A DNA stretch of 64,000 nucleotides from an uncultured Bacilli bacterium (GTDB taxonomy: Bacteria > Bacillota_I > Bacilli_A > RF39 > UBA660): positions 3,308-67,307 of the forward strand of contig CAKOIY010000001.1 in the NCBI GenBank assembly GCA_934087515.1, given 5' to 3'. The notes beneath the pieces are model-generated. The model made no database searches. It had not been told where the DNA came from and was given only the letters and a program-made list of their open reading frames with translations. The stretch's first letter is position 1, and each line of letters begins with the position of its first letter. This document shows, in pieces, positions 48,050-56,704 of this stretch. The position numbers and the translations under genes are program-made.

Positions 48050-49732
48050 ATGTTTAATAGAAAAGGTTTTACTTTAGTAGAAGTTTTGGCTGTTGTTATT
48101 ATACTTTCTGTTTTATCTATTATGGTTATACCTAATGTTAGTGAATATGTTGCACAGGGTAAGGATGAATATAATAAAAGTCTTAAGAAAACACTTATTT
48201 TGGCGGGAAAGAATTTTTATTCTGATAACAGGATGAGAATTCCTAAACCAGTTGGTGTTGTTACTGATTTTGTTACCGCTAATGAACTTGCAAGTAAGAA
48301 TTATCTTACTGGTAGTTTTGTTGATTCTGATAAAAATGATTGTAAGAGTAAGAGTTATGTAGTGGCGGTTAATGAAATTTCTGATGTTAAGTATCATGCT
48401 TGTTTAACTTGTGGGGATAAGAATTATAGTTCTGATGATGAGTATTGTGATGTAATGGTTCGTGATATTGATTCTTCTAATCCATCTAATCCTAGTGATA
48501 GTGGTAAGAGTAAGGTTACTTGTAGTGTTAGTGCTAAAGATACTGATGATGGTGCTAGTGTTACTATTGATGCGAATAGTAGTAAAGAAAAAATTAATAA
48601 GATTATTTACTATAATACTGATACTAAGAAGTCTACAAGTTTATTAACTGATTCTGAATATAGTACTTCTATTAAAAAAACGATAACTATTAGTGATTTT
48701 GGAAAATTTAAGATTTATGTATCTAGTAGTGATGGTGTTAGAACTGATTGTGATGGTTCGGTTATTGATAATAGTTTTTCTGCTAATTTTAAAGTTGATA
48801 TGTATTTAGTTAATAAGTCAGAATATGATTCTCATAAAAATACTGAATATACTAAGACTGAGCTTAATAAACTTGAAAAATATGATGGTACTACTTGGAA
48901 AAATGCTTATGTATATGCTAAGCTTACTTATAAGAAGAGTAGATTTTCTAGTGTTGAGTTTGATGGTAATAATTTAAATAATAAATTTATTTGGCTTGAT
49001 GCAGAGGGTGCTAAAGATTATAAGATTACTGCTGTTGATAAGAAAAATGGTACTCAAACAGTTTCTTTAAGCACTAAGCTTGATAGAACTCCACCTACAG
49101 TTGCTTTTTCTAGAACTCCTGGTGATGGTTGGACTAATCAAGCTGTTACAGTTACTTCTACTCCTAGTGATGTTTCTTCTGGTATTGAAGGATTGTACTA
49201 TAGTACAAATAATGAAGATTGGAGTAAAGTTTCTTATAGTGGTTCTTTTGTTAAAGTATGGGAGAGAACTAATACTTCTAAAACTATGTATGTAAAGGCT
49301 AAGGATAATGTTGGGCTTTATTCTGATGTTAAAAGTTCAAATATTTTGATTGATGTGGTGCCTCCTGTTATGTATAAGCATTGTTTATATAAGGTTGCAA
49401 GTAAGAAATGGTATTTTAGGTATTATTTTAGTGATTCTGGTGGATCTGGGTATAGTGGTTATAAATGGGGTTATTGTTACAGAATTTGTCCTAAGTGTCC
49501 TAGTAGTTATATGTGTTCTTATAGATCTGCTGATAGTAAAGCTGCTAGTTCTAATACTTGGTATCATGGTAGTTATAAGGAAACTTCTTATCAAATTGCT
49601 CCGACTAGAGGTGCTAGGACTATTGGTTCTACTACTAGGTTATATTTTAAAGATAATGCTGGTAATGTTGCTACTGGAAGTTATACTGATACTTGGTATT
49701 ATGGTGGGGGTAGTAGTCCAGGTAGTTGTTAA
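48050..49732 (+). CDS. Giant modular type IV pilin-like protein (about 560 aa), paralogue 3
   Basis: The N-terminus MFNRKG|FTLVEVLAVVIILSVL is a class-III signal. The conserved head includes YHACLTCGDKNYSSDDEYC, and there is an Ig-like repeat TPPTVAFSRTPGDGWTNQAVTVTSTPSDVSSGIEGLYYS. An RBS GGGAGG sits 8 nt before ATG at 48050. The track's start at 48023 is probably overextended. Confidence 0.75.
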   Translation: MFNRKGFTLVEVLAVVIILSVLSIMVIPNVSEYVAQGKDEYNKSLKKTLILAGKNFYSDNRMRIPKPVGVVTDFVTANELASKNYLTGSFVDSDKNDCKSKSYVVAVNEISDVKYHACLTCGDKNYSSDDEYCDVMVRDIDSSNPSNPSDSGKSKVTCSVSAKDTDDGASVTIDANSSKEKINKIIYYNTDTKKSTSLLTDSEYSTSIKKTITISDFGKFKIYVSSSDGVRTDCDGSVIDNSFSANFKVDMYLVNKSEYDSHKNTEYTKTELNKLEKYDGTTWKNAYVYAKLTYKKSRFSSVEFDGNNLNNKFIWLDAEGAKDYKITAVDKKNGTQTVSLSTKLDRTPPTVAFSRTPGDGWTNQAVTVTSTPSDVSSGIEGLYYSTNNEDWSKVSYSGSFVKVWERTNTSKTMYVKAKDNVGLYSDVKSSNILIDVVPPVMYKHCLYKVASKKWYFRYYFSDSGGSGYSGYKWGYCYRICPKCPSSYMCSYRSADSKAASSNTWYHGSYKETSYQIAPTRGARTIGSTTRLYFKDNAGNVATGSYTDTWYYGGGSSPGSC

Positions 49733-49755
49733 GATCGATTTTCGATCTTTTCTTT
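49732..49755 (+). terminator. Rho-independent terminator, same hairpin sequence as 47957-47984
   Basis: The hairpin agatcga-ttt-tcgatct is followed by a T-rich run. Confidence 0.65.
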
Positions 49756-49828
49756 TACACTTTTTTGACAAACAAATGTTTTGTTTTTGTCTCTATGACA
49801 TAATATTACAATAAAAACTATTTACAAA

Positions 49829-49885
49829 GTGGTTTTGTGATAATATAATTGTGGTAGACAGTGGTATATAGTGGTTGAAAGTGGT
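49829..49885 (+). promoter_or_regulatory. Array of direct GTGGT repeats with exact 10-bp spacing immediately upstream of mraZ (candidate MraZ operator)
   Basis: GTGGT occurs at 49829, 49851, 49861, 49871 and 49881. Most sit in an (A/T)AAGTGGT context. Confidence 0.55.
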
Positions 49886-49891
49886 GATGTT

Positions 49892-50323
49892 ATGTTAATG
49901 GGTGAGTACCATCATAATATTGATGAGAAGGGTCGTATTATAATACCTTCTAGATTACGTGATGAACTTGGTGATAATGTAATAGTTACTCGTGGTCTTG
50001 ATGATTGTTTGTTTTTATATTCTATGGATGAATGGTCTTTACTTGTTTCTAAACTTAAATCACTTCCTTTTACTAAGAGAGATGCTAGGAATTTTTCTAG
50101 AATGTTTCTTTCGGGTGCTACTGGTTGTTTATTTGATAAACAAGGTCGTGTTAAGATATCTTCTCCGCTTATTAATTATGCTAGTCTTAATCATGAGTGT
50201 GTTATTATTGGTGTTAATGATAGAATTGAGATATGGGCTAAGGAAAAGTGGGATAAGTTTATTTGTGATAGTACTAATGAATTTTCAGATTTAGCAGATC
50301 ATTTGTTTGATATTGGGGGATAA
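49892..50323 (+). CDS. mraZ: Transcriptional regulator MraZ
   Basis: The translation MLMGEYHHNIDEKGRIIIPSRLRDELG... matches the MraZ consensus start MFMGEY.H.ID.KGR and the duplicated SpoVT/AbrB fold. The track's start at 49871 is probably overextended. Confidence 0.9.
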   Translation: MLMGEYHHNIDEKGRIIIPSRLRDELGDNVIVTRGLDDCLFLYSMDEWSLLVSKLKSLPFTKRDARNFSRMFLSGATGCLFDKQGRVKISSPLINYASLNHECVIIGVNDRIEIWAKEKWDKFICDSTNEFSDLADHLFDIGG

Positions 50324-50324
50324 T

Positions 50325-51251
50325 ATGGAGAAACATAAGAGTGTGCTTCTTGATGAGGCGATTAATTATTTGAATATTAAATCTGATGGTGTTTATGTTG
50401 ATGCGACTTTGGGTTTTGCTGGTCATTCTAGTGAAATTTTAAGAAGAGCTTCTAAAGGATATTTATATGCTTTTGATAAAGATGTGTCTGCTATTTCATA
50501 TAGTAAGGAGAAATTATCTAAGATAGGGGATAATTTTAAGATATTTAATACAGGTTTTATGAATATGAAATTGTATCTTGAGGAGGAGGTTTCTTCTGTT
50601 GATGGAGTTTTGTTTGATATTGGAGTTTCTTCTGCTGAGATAGATGATGGTTCTAGGGGATTTAGTTATATGCATGATGGTCCTCTTGATATGAGAATGA
50701 ATAGAGATAGTTCTTTATCTGCTTATGATGTTGTTAATAATTATTCTATTGAGGATTTGGTTAGAATTTTTAGAGAATATGGGGAAGAAAAACATGCTTA
50801 TAAGATTGCTAAGTGTATAGATGAGGCTCGTAGTGTTAAGAATATTGAAACTACTTTTGAGCTTGTTGATATAATTGATAAGTGTTATCCATATAAAGAA
50901 AAGCGTAATGGACATCCTGCTAAGAAGGTTTTTCAAGCTATTAGAATAGAGGTTAATAATGAACTTGAAGAACTTGTGGTGGGACTTAAGTCTAGTTTAG
51001 ATCTTTTAGATGTTGGGGGAAGGGTTGTTGTTATTACTTTTCATTCGTTAGAGGATCGAATTGTTAAGAATTTATTTAAGAAAATGAGTGATATTTCTCC
51101 AGTTGTTAAGGGAATGCCTAATGTTTCTTTGGAGATGTTGCCTGATTTTAAACTTGTTACTAATAAACCTATTATACCTAGTGATTATGAGATGAGTAGT
51201 AATCCTAGGAGTAAGTCTGCTAAACTTAGAGTTATAGAGAGAGTTAAATAA
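50325..51251 (+). CDS. rsmH: 16S rRNA (cytosine1402-N4)-methyltransferase
   Basis: The translation MEKHKSVLLDEAINYL..YVDATLGFAGHS.. matches RsmH/MraW. It lies next to mraZ in the dcw cluster context. Confidence 0.9.
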   Translation: MEKHKSVLLDEAINYLNIKSDGVYVDATLGFAGHSSEILRRASKGYLYAFDKDVSAISYSKEKLSKIGDNFKIFNTGFMNMKLYLEEEVSSVDGVLFDIGVSSAEIDDGSRGFSYMHDGPLDMRMNRDSSLSAYDVVNNYSIEDLVRIFREYGEEKHAYKIAKCIDEARSVKNIETTFELVDIIDKCYPYKEKRNGHPAKKVFQAIRIEVNNELEELVVGLKSSLDLLDVGGRVVVITFHSLEDRIVKNLFKKMSDISPVVKGMPNVSLEMLPDFKLVTNKPIIPSDYEMSSNPRSKSAKLRVIERVK

Positions 51252-51269
51252 TGTGTTAGGAGGGATATT

Positions 51270-51566
51270 TTGAAGAAGAAAAAGAAAAAGTCTGTAAAGT
51301 TTACTAAGTATGAAAAAGTGCTTTTTGTTATTACTGCGATTATTTGTTTGTCATATCCCTTTATGAGTGTTTTTGCAAAGAGTACTTTGAGTGAGATGAA
51401 TTATAAGCTTGAAAATAGTAAGGATGAGATTGCTAAGCAGAGTAAAAATAATGAGAGTCTTCAAATGAAGATTAATGAACTGGCTTCACTTGAAAATCTG
51501 GAATCTGTTGCAAAAAAGATGGGATTAAGTTATACTAATAGTAGTATTAAAACAATAGATAAGTAG
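51270..51566 (+). CDS. ftsL: Cell division protein FtsL-like
   Basis: This small bitopic protein (TM segment plus coiled coil) sits between rsmH and the PBP gene. It has a TTG start after AGGAGGGA. Confidence 0.55.
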   Translation: MKKKKKKSVKFTKYEKVLFVITAIICLSYPFMSVFAKSTLSEMNYKLENSKDEIAKQSKNNESLQMKINELASLENLESVAKKMGLSYTNSSIKTIDK

Positions 51567-51575
51567 GGTGATTGT

Positions 51576-53681
51576 ATGAAAAAGAGTAAGATTAGTAATA
51601 AGTTAATTAATTTATTTATTGTAATTGCTCTTTTTTGTTTTTTATATCTTGTTTATAGGGTTGCTTATTTAGGACTTTCTAAGGAAGTTGATGGTGTTAA
51701 TTTAAAAGAATTTGCTGATAGTCGTAGTGTTGTTTCTAAGAAGATATATGCTAAGAGGGGTAATATTTATGATTCTAATGGTGAGTCTCTTGCTATTAAT
51801 GTTTCTTCTTATACTTTGATTGCTTATTTAGATGAGTCTAGGAGTAAAGGTGAGGATACTTTGTATCATGTTAAGGATAAGAAAGGGACTGCTAAGAAGC
51901 TTGCTACTGTTCTTAAGATGAAAGAATCTGAGATTTATGATATTTTGAATCAAGATGATATGTATCAAGTAGAGTTTGGAGAGGCTGGAAAGGGTCTTAC
52001 TGAGCTTGAAAAGGAAAAGATTGAGAAACTTAATATTCCGGGAATTGATTTTGTTGCTGATGAGAAAAGGTATTATCCTAATGGTGATTTTGCTTCTTAT
52101 ACTTTGGGGTATGCTAAGAATGATGATGATGGAAAGATTAATGGGGAGTTTGGGATGGAACAGCTTCTTAATGATGTTTTATCTGGTACTGATGGGTATA
52201 CTACTTATCAAAAGGATCTTAATGGTTATAAGATTCCTGGAACTAAGGAAGTTACTGTTAATGCTATAAATGGTAATGATGTTTATTTAACTATTGATTC
52301 TAATGTACAGTTTTTCTTGGAACAAGCTGCTAATAAGGCTGAGGAAAAGTATGATTTTGATTGGCTTACTTTGGTGGTAGCGGATGCTAAAACTGGTAAG
52401 ATACTTGGTAGTACACAAAGGCCTTCTTTTGATCCTAATAAAAAGAATATTAAAAACTGGATTGATATTACTGTAGGAGAGGCTTATGAACCTGGATCTA
52501 TTATGAAGACTTATACTTATATGGCTGCAATGGAAGCTGGTACTTATCGTGGTGATAGTAAGTTTAAGTCAGGTAGATATAAAGCTGAAGATGGTACGGT
52601 TATAAGTGATTGGAATTCTACTGGATTTGGTAATATTACTTATGATCAAGGGTATCAGGCTTCTAGTAATGTTGGTATTATAAATATAATAAATAATTTT
52701 ATTAATAAGAAGATTTTAGAGGATTATTTTGCTAAACTTGGTTTTGGTGAAAAGACTGGTATTACTTTGTCTAGTGAGGTTTCTGGTAAGATTAATTTTA
52801 AGTATCAAACTGAGGTTTATAATGCAGGTTTTGGACAAGGTATAACTACGACTCCTATGCAACATATTCAGGCTCTTACTTCTATTGCTAATGATGGTAT
52901 TATGCTTAAGCCTTATATTATTGATAAGGTTGTTGATGAGAATGGTAAAGTTGTATACAAAGGTGAGAGGACTGAGGCTGGTAGGGTGGCTTCTAAGAAA
53001 ACTGCTCTTAAGATGAGAGAACTTATGTATAAGACTGTCAATTCTAATTGGTATGCTGCGACTGGTTCTGAGTATAGAGTTAAGAATTCTAGTGTTATTG
53101 GTAAGACTGGTACAGCACAGCTTGTTAATTCTAGAACTGGTAATTATTATAATGATGATTATAATGTTATTAAATCTTTTGTAGGTATGTGGCCTAAGAA
53201 TGATCCTAAGGTTGTAATTTATGCTTCTGTTAAGAGATCTGGTACTAGTAAGGCTATTTCTAAACCTGTTACGGAAATAGTTAAGAATATGAATAAGTAT
53301 TTGAATATTTTTGATGATGATAGGAAGGAAAAAACTGTTAAGAATCATGTTATTGATAATTATTTGAATACTGAACTTAGTACTGTTAAGAGTGAGGCTA
53401 AGTATATTAAGAAACTTATTATTGGAAATGGTTCTAAGGTTGTTAATCAGTATCCTAGTAAGGGTACGGTTATTGATTCTAATGAGTCTTTGATATTACT
53501 TACTAATAGTAGTAGTTATAAGATGCCTAATTTAAAAGGGTATAGTAAACTTGAGGCTAATGAAGTATGTAATATGTTAGGACTTAAGTGTACTTTTAAG
53601 GGCTATGGTTATGTTAATAATCAGTCTATTAGTAATAAAGTTGTTAAGGAAAATGATAAGGTTTCGTTTGTGTTAAAGTAG
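51576..53681 (+). CDS. Class B penicillin-binding protein (FtsI/PBP2B/SpoVD-like) with C-terminal PASTA domain
   Basis: It has an N-terminal TM segment and the transpeptidase motifs SIMKT (SxxK), SSN and KTGTA. The C-terminal ~60 aa are PASTA-like. It occupies the dcw cluster position. Confidence 0.85.
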   Translation: MKKSKISNKLINLFIVIALFCFLYLVYRVAYLGLSKEVDGVNLKEFADSRSVVSKKIYAKRGNIYDSNGESLAINVSSYTLIAYLDESRSKGEDTLYHVKDKKGTAKKLATVLKMKESEIYDILNQDDMYQVEFGEAGKGLTELEKEKIEKLNIPGIDFVADEKRYYPNGDFASYTLGYAKNDDDGKINGEFGMEQLLNDVLSGTDGYTTYQKDLNGYKIPGTKEVTVNAINGNDVYLTIDSNVQFFLEQAANKAEEKYDFDWLTLVVADAKTGKILGSTQRPSFDPNKKNIKNWIDITVGEAYEPGSIMKTYTYMAAMEAGTYRGDSKFKSGRYKAEDGTVISDWNSTGFGNITYDQGYQASSNVGIINIINNFINKKILEDYFAKLGFGEKTGITLSSEVSGKINFKYQTEVYNAGFGQGITTTPMQHIQALTSIANDGIMLKPYIIDKVVDENGKVVYKGERTEAGRVASKKTALKMRELMYKTVNSNWYAATGSEYRVKNSSVIGKTGTAQLVNSRTGNYYNDDYNVIKSFVGMWPKNDPKVVIYASVKRSGTSKAISKPVTEIVKNMNKYLNIFDDDRKEKTVKNHVIDNYLNTELSTVKSEAKYIKKLIIGNGSKVVNQYPSKGTVIDSNESLILLTNSSSYKMPNLKGYSKLEANEVCNMLGLKCTFKGYGYVNNQSISNKVVKENDKVSFVLK

Positions 53682-53754
53682 AGGATTTTTTCCTCTTTTT
53701 ATTATGAGGGATTATGTTTTAAAATTTGTTGTTTTATACTAAAAAAAGAAGCTT

Positions 53755-54201
53755 TTATTTTGCTTCTTTTATGAATCCAGCTGATTCTATTTTTGATTTT
53801 ATTCTAGCTTTAGTTTGTTCTCCTTCTATTTTGATTAGGCTTTCTTCTCCTTTATCGAAAAATAAGACTGTTGGAGTTCCATTTATACTAAATAGTTCAT
53901 CATAAATTTCTTGTTCTTTTTCTGATAGATTGCTTATGTTTAGACTATAGGCTTCTATATTATTTTCACTTAATACACTTATGAAGTTTGGAGTAAATGC
54001 TTTGCAGTGTTCACAGTCTGTTTGTTTTATGTAAAGAATGAAGTTATCTTTGTTTTTGATTTTTGATGTTACTTCGTTTAATGTTATGTCGTGGATGTAT
54101 TTTTCTTTGTCTTGTGAGAATACTAAAGCAATTATTATTAAGGCTATTATTAGTAATATAAATAGGAATAGCCATTTATGTTTTTTTATCATTTTTAACA
54201 C
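53755..54201 (-). CDS. Membrane-anchored thioredoxin-fold thiol-disulfide oxidoreductase
   Basis: It has an N-terminal TM helix and a CEHC (CxxC) active site in thioredoxin-like context. Confidence 0.6.
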   Translation of the reverse strand: MLKMIKKHKWLFLFILLIIALIIIALVFSQDKEKYIHDITLNEVTSKIKNKDNFILYIKQTDCEHCKAFTPNFISVLSENNIEAYSLNISNLSEKEQEIYDELFSINGTPTVLFFDKGEESLIKIEGEQTKARIKSKIESAGFIKEAK

Positions 54202-54311
54202 CTCTTTTTTAATGATAGCATATTTGTTTTTTAAAATAAATATTTTAGGGTAAATTTGTTTACAATTTTGTATATTTATAGTAAAATATGGTGTATTTGA
54301 GGAGGTATATT

Positions 54312-54857
54312 ATGAAAGATACTAAGTTTTATAGGGTTGAGACTTTGGGTATGGTGTTTGATGAGAATATGGAGTTATGTGTTCCTAATGTTATTGGTAA
54401 GAAAAGTAATTTTTTTGAGGGTAAGGATTTTAAATATGATAGTATGCCAATGTTTGCGTATTTATCTGATGATGTGTTAAGGGATGTTGTTACGGATGAT
54501 ATTGTTAAGTTTGAATCTAATTTTATACTTCCAGATGGGGTATCTGTTTCTAAGAGTATAAAGGATGATAGTTTGGATGATATTGTTGCTATTTCAATTA
54601 AGCCTGTTACTGTTGATGCTATGTTTGGTTGGGTTTTTGAACTTGATAGGGAAGATGTTAAGAGATATATTACAGAGGTTGATAAGTTAAAGAAAATTAG
54701 TATTAGGAGATATGGTGTTAGAAATAAAGTTAAATCTATAAGAGAGGATGAATATCTTAAGGGGTTAATGCTTGATAATATTAATAGTTTTAAGAATAAT
54801 TGTTTTCTTATAAAAAGGGAAATGAATTCTGATTTTAAGTTTGTTAAGAGAAAATAA
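54312..54857 (+). CDS. Hypothetical protein
   Basis: This is a clean ORF. I recognise no family for it. Confidence 0.35.
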   Translation: MKDTKFYRVETLGMVFDENMELCVPNVIGKKSNFFEGKDFKYDSMPMFAYLSDDVLRDVVTDDIVKFESNFILPDGVSVSKSIKDDSLDDIVAISIKPVTVDAMFGWVFELDREDVKRYITEVDKLKKISIRRYGVRNKVKSIREDEYLKGLMLDNINSFKNNCFLIKREMNSDFKFVKRK

Positions 54858-54882
54858 GTGCTAGAAAAAACAAGGCACTTTT

Positions 54883-56583
54883 TTAGTTGCCTTGTATGTT
54901 ATTATCGTTATATATATTTTTTAATAGGTCGTCGGTGTAGTTTTCTTTGTTTTGGGTATTGTTATCTATTCTTAAGGAATTAAAGACATTGTCATCGAAT
55001 AGATTTCCGTCATTATTGTTTGTAAATATGTTTTGCTGTGGTTCTTGGTTGTTGTTTATTTGTGGTTTATTTATTTGGTTTGAGTTTTCTAGTTGTTCAA
55101 TGTTTTGATTTATGTTTTCGTTAGGAATATTTATTATGTTTTGATTTGTTTGATTATTTTGGTTTTCTGGTGTTTCTTGTTGTATGTTATTTTGATATGT
55201 GTTGTTTATTTGTTCTTGTGGATTGTTATTTAATATTTCTTGGTTTACATTGTTATTCTGATTGTTTTCTGTTATTGTTTGGTTGTTGTTTATTATTTCT
55301 GGATTTGTATATATCATGTTGTTATTCATTAGTGGATTGTTTTCATCTGATGTGTCTATTCCTATGGTTTTATCTACAAAATCTTCGGAGATGTCATCGT
55401 AGTCGTCGTAATCTACTAATCTAAATACTTCTTTTAAATCTGTTATTCCTTCTAGGACTTTTATTAATCCATCTTGGAATAGGGTTTTTACATTTTTTTT
55501 GTATATTAAATGTTTTAGTTCTTCACGATCGATTCCTTTATTGATAGCTTCTCTTATTTCTTCATTTATCATTAATACTTCTTGAAGGGCAATTCTTCCT
55601 GTGTAACCGTTATGACAGTGTTCACAATTTCCGGCTTCATATATTGTGTCTATATTTATTCCTAGTGCTTTTTTGAATAGTATTTTTTCTGTTTCGTTAG
55701 CAGGTCTTTGAGTTCTACAACGTGGACATAGTTTTTTTGCTAGGGTTTGCGAGATTATTCCCTTTAGTGATGATGATAAGAGGTATCTTTCAACATCCAT
55801 ATCGATAAGTCTTTCGATGGTTGTTAGGGAATTGTTTGTATGTAGTGTTGATAGTACTAGATGTCCTGTTATAGATGCACGTATTGCTATTTTTGCTGTT
55901 TCACTATCACGAATTTCTCCGATTAGAATGATGTTAGGGTCTTGTCTTAGAATTGAACGAAGTACTGTAGCAAAGTCTAATCCAATTTCAGAGTTTACTT
56001 GTACTTGGTTAAGTCCTTCGATACTCATTTCTACGGGATCTTCTACTGTTATGATGTTTGTTTCTTCTTTGTTTAGTTTTTGAAGCATTGAATATACTGT
56101 TGTAGATTTACCAGATCCAGTTGCTCCGGTTATTAGGATGATACCGTTAGGACTGTTTAACATTTCCATAATTATTTTGTAGTTATCTCCGGTGAAACCT
56201 AGGTATTCTATTCCTTGTAAACTCATTGAATAGTCTAGGATTCTGATAACTATTTTTTCTCCAAAGCTTGTTGGTAAGGCAGATACACGAAGATCTAAAT
56301 CTTTTCCTTCGATAACACTTTTTATAGCACCATCTTGTGGTAGTCTTGATTCTGTGATATTCATTCCTGCAAGTAGTTTTACTCTAGTTGTAAGATTTCT
56401 TTTGTATTTGTTATCTATTATGGCATAATCACGAAGTTCTCCATCTATTCTTATTCTAATTTTTAGGTATTTTTCTGCTGGATCAAAATGAATATCACTA
56501 GCATTTCTTACTACTGAATCAATTATAATATCATTTACTATGTCTACTATGGGAGTGGTAGTAAAATCAAATTCTCGCATCAT
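54883..56583 (-). CDS. ComGA/PilB/GspE-family secretion ATPase with a ~175-aa Asn/Gln-rich C-terminal extension
   Basis: It has Walker A GATGSGKST, the Asp box/Walker B and the His box TLHTN. The tetracysteine motif is CPRC...CEHC. An N/Q low-complexity tail (NNQTITENNQNNNVNQEILNNNPQEQ...) follows. Confidence 0.8.
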   Translation of the reverse strand: MMREFDFTTTPIVDIVNDIIIDSVVRNASDIHFDPAEKYLKIRIRIDGELRDYAIIDNKYKRNLTTRVKLLAGMNITESRLPQDGAIKSVIEGKDLDLRVSALPTSFGEKIVIRILDYSMSLQGIEYLGFTGDNYKIIMEMLNSPNGIILITGATGSGKSTTVYSMLQKLNKEETNIITVEDPVEMSIEGLNQVQVNSEIGLDFATVLRSILRQDPNIILIGEIRDSETAKIAIRASITGHLVLSTLHTNNSLTTIERLIDMDVERYLLSSSLKGIISQTLAKKLCPRCRTQRPANETEKILFKKALGINIDTIYEAGNCEHCHNGYTGRIALQEVLMINEEIREAINKGIDREELKHLIYKKNVKTLFQDGLIKVLEGITDLKEVFRLVDYDDYDDISEDFVDKTIGIDTSDENNPLMNNNMIYTNPEIINNNQTITENNQNNNVNQEILNNNPQEQINNTYQNNIQQETPENQNNQTNQNIINIPNENINQNIEQLENSNQINKPQINNNQEPQQNIFTNNNDGNLFDDNVFNSLRIDNNTQNKENYTDDLLKNIYNDNNIQGN

Positions 56584-56704
56584 AAAAATCGTTCCCCTTT
56601 ATTCTAATTTGTAAAATTCATAGTTATTTTATTTTTACACTAGAATTTATTCTAAAAGTATTATATAATAAATTTGTAAAATAAGCAAGTAGAAGGTGAG
56701 TAAT

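Noticed and set aside
52716-53348. A 210-aa minus-strand ORF inside the pbpB/spoVD-like gene
   Set aside because: It is antisense to a motif-verified PBP. The low-complexity I/N/R-rich translation marks it as a spurious open frame.
56584-56704. Considered a CRISPR or other repeat structure in the divergent intergenic region between the ATPase and the LRR-pilin operon
   Set aside because: It contains only AT-rich promoter-like elements (TATAAT at about 56663). No direct repeats are present.
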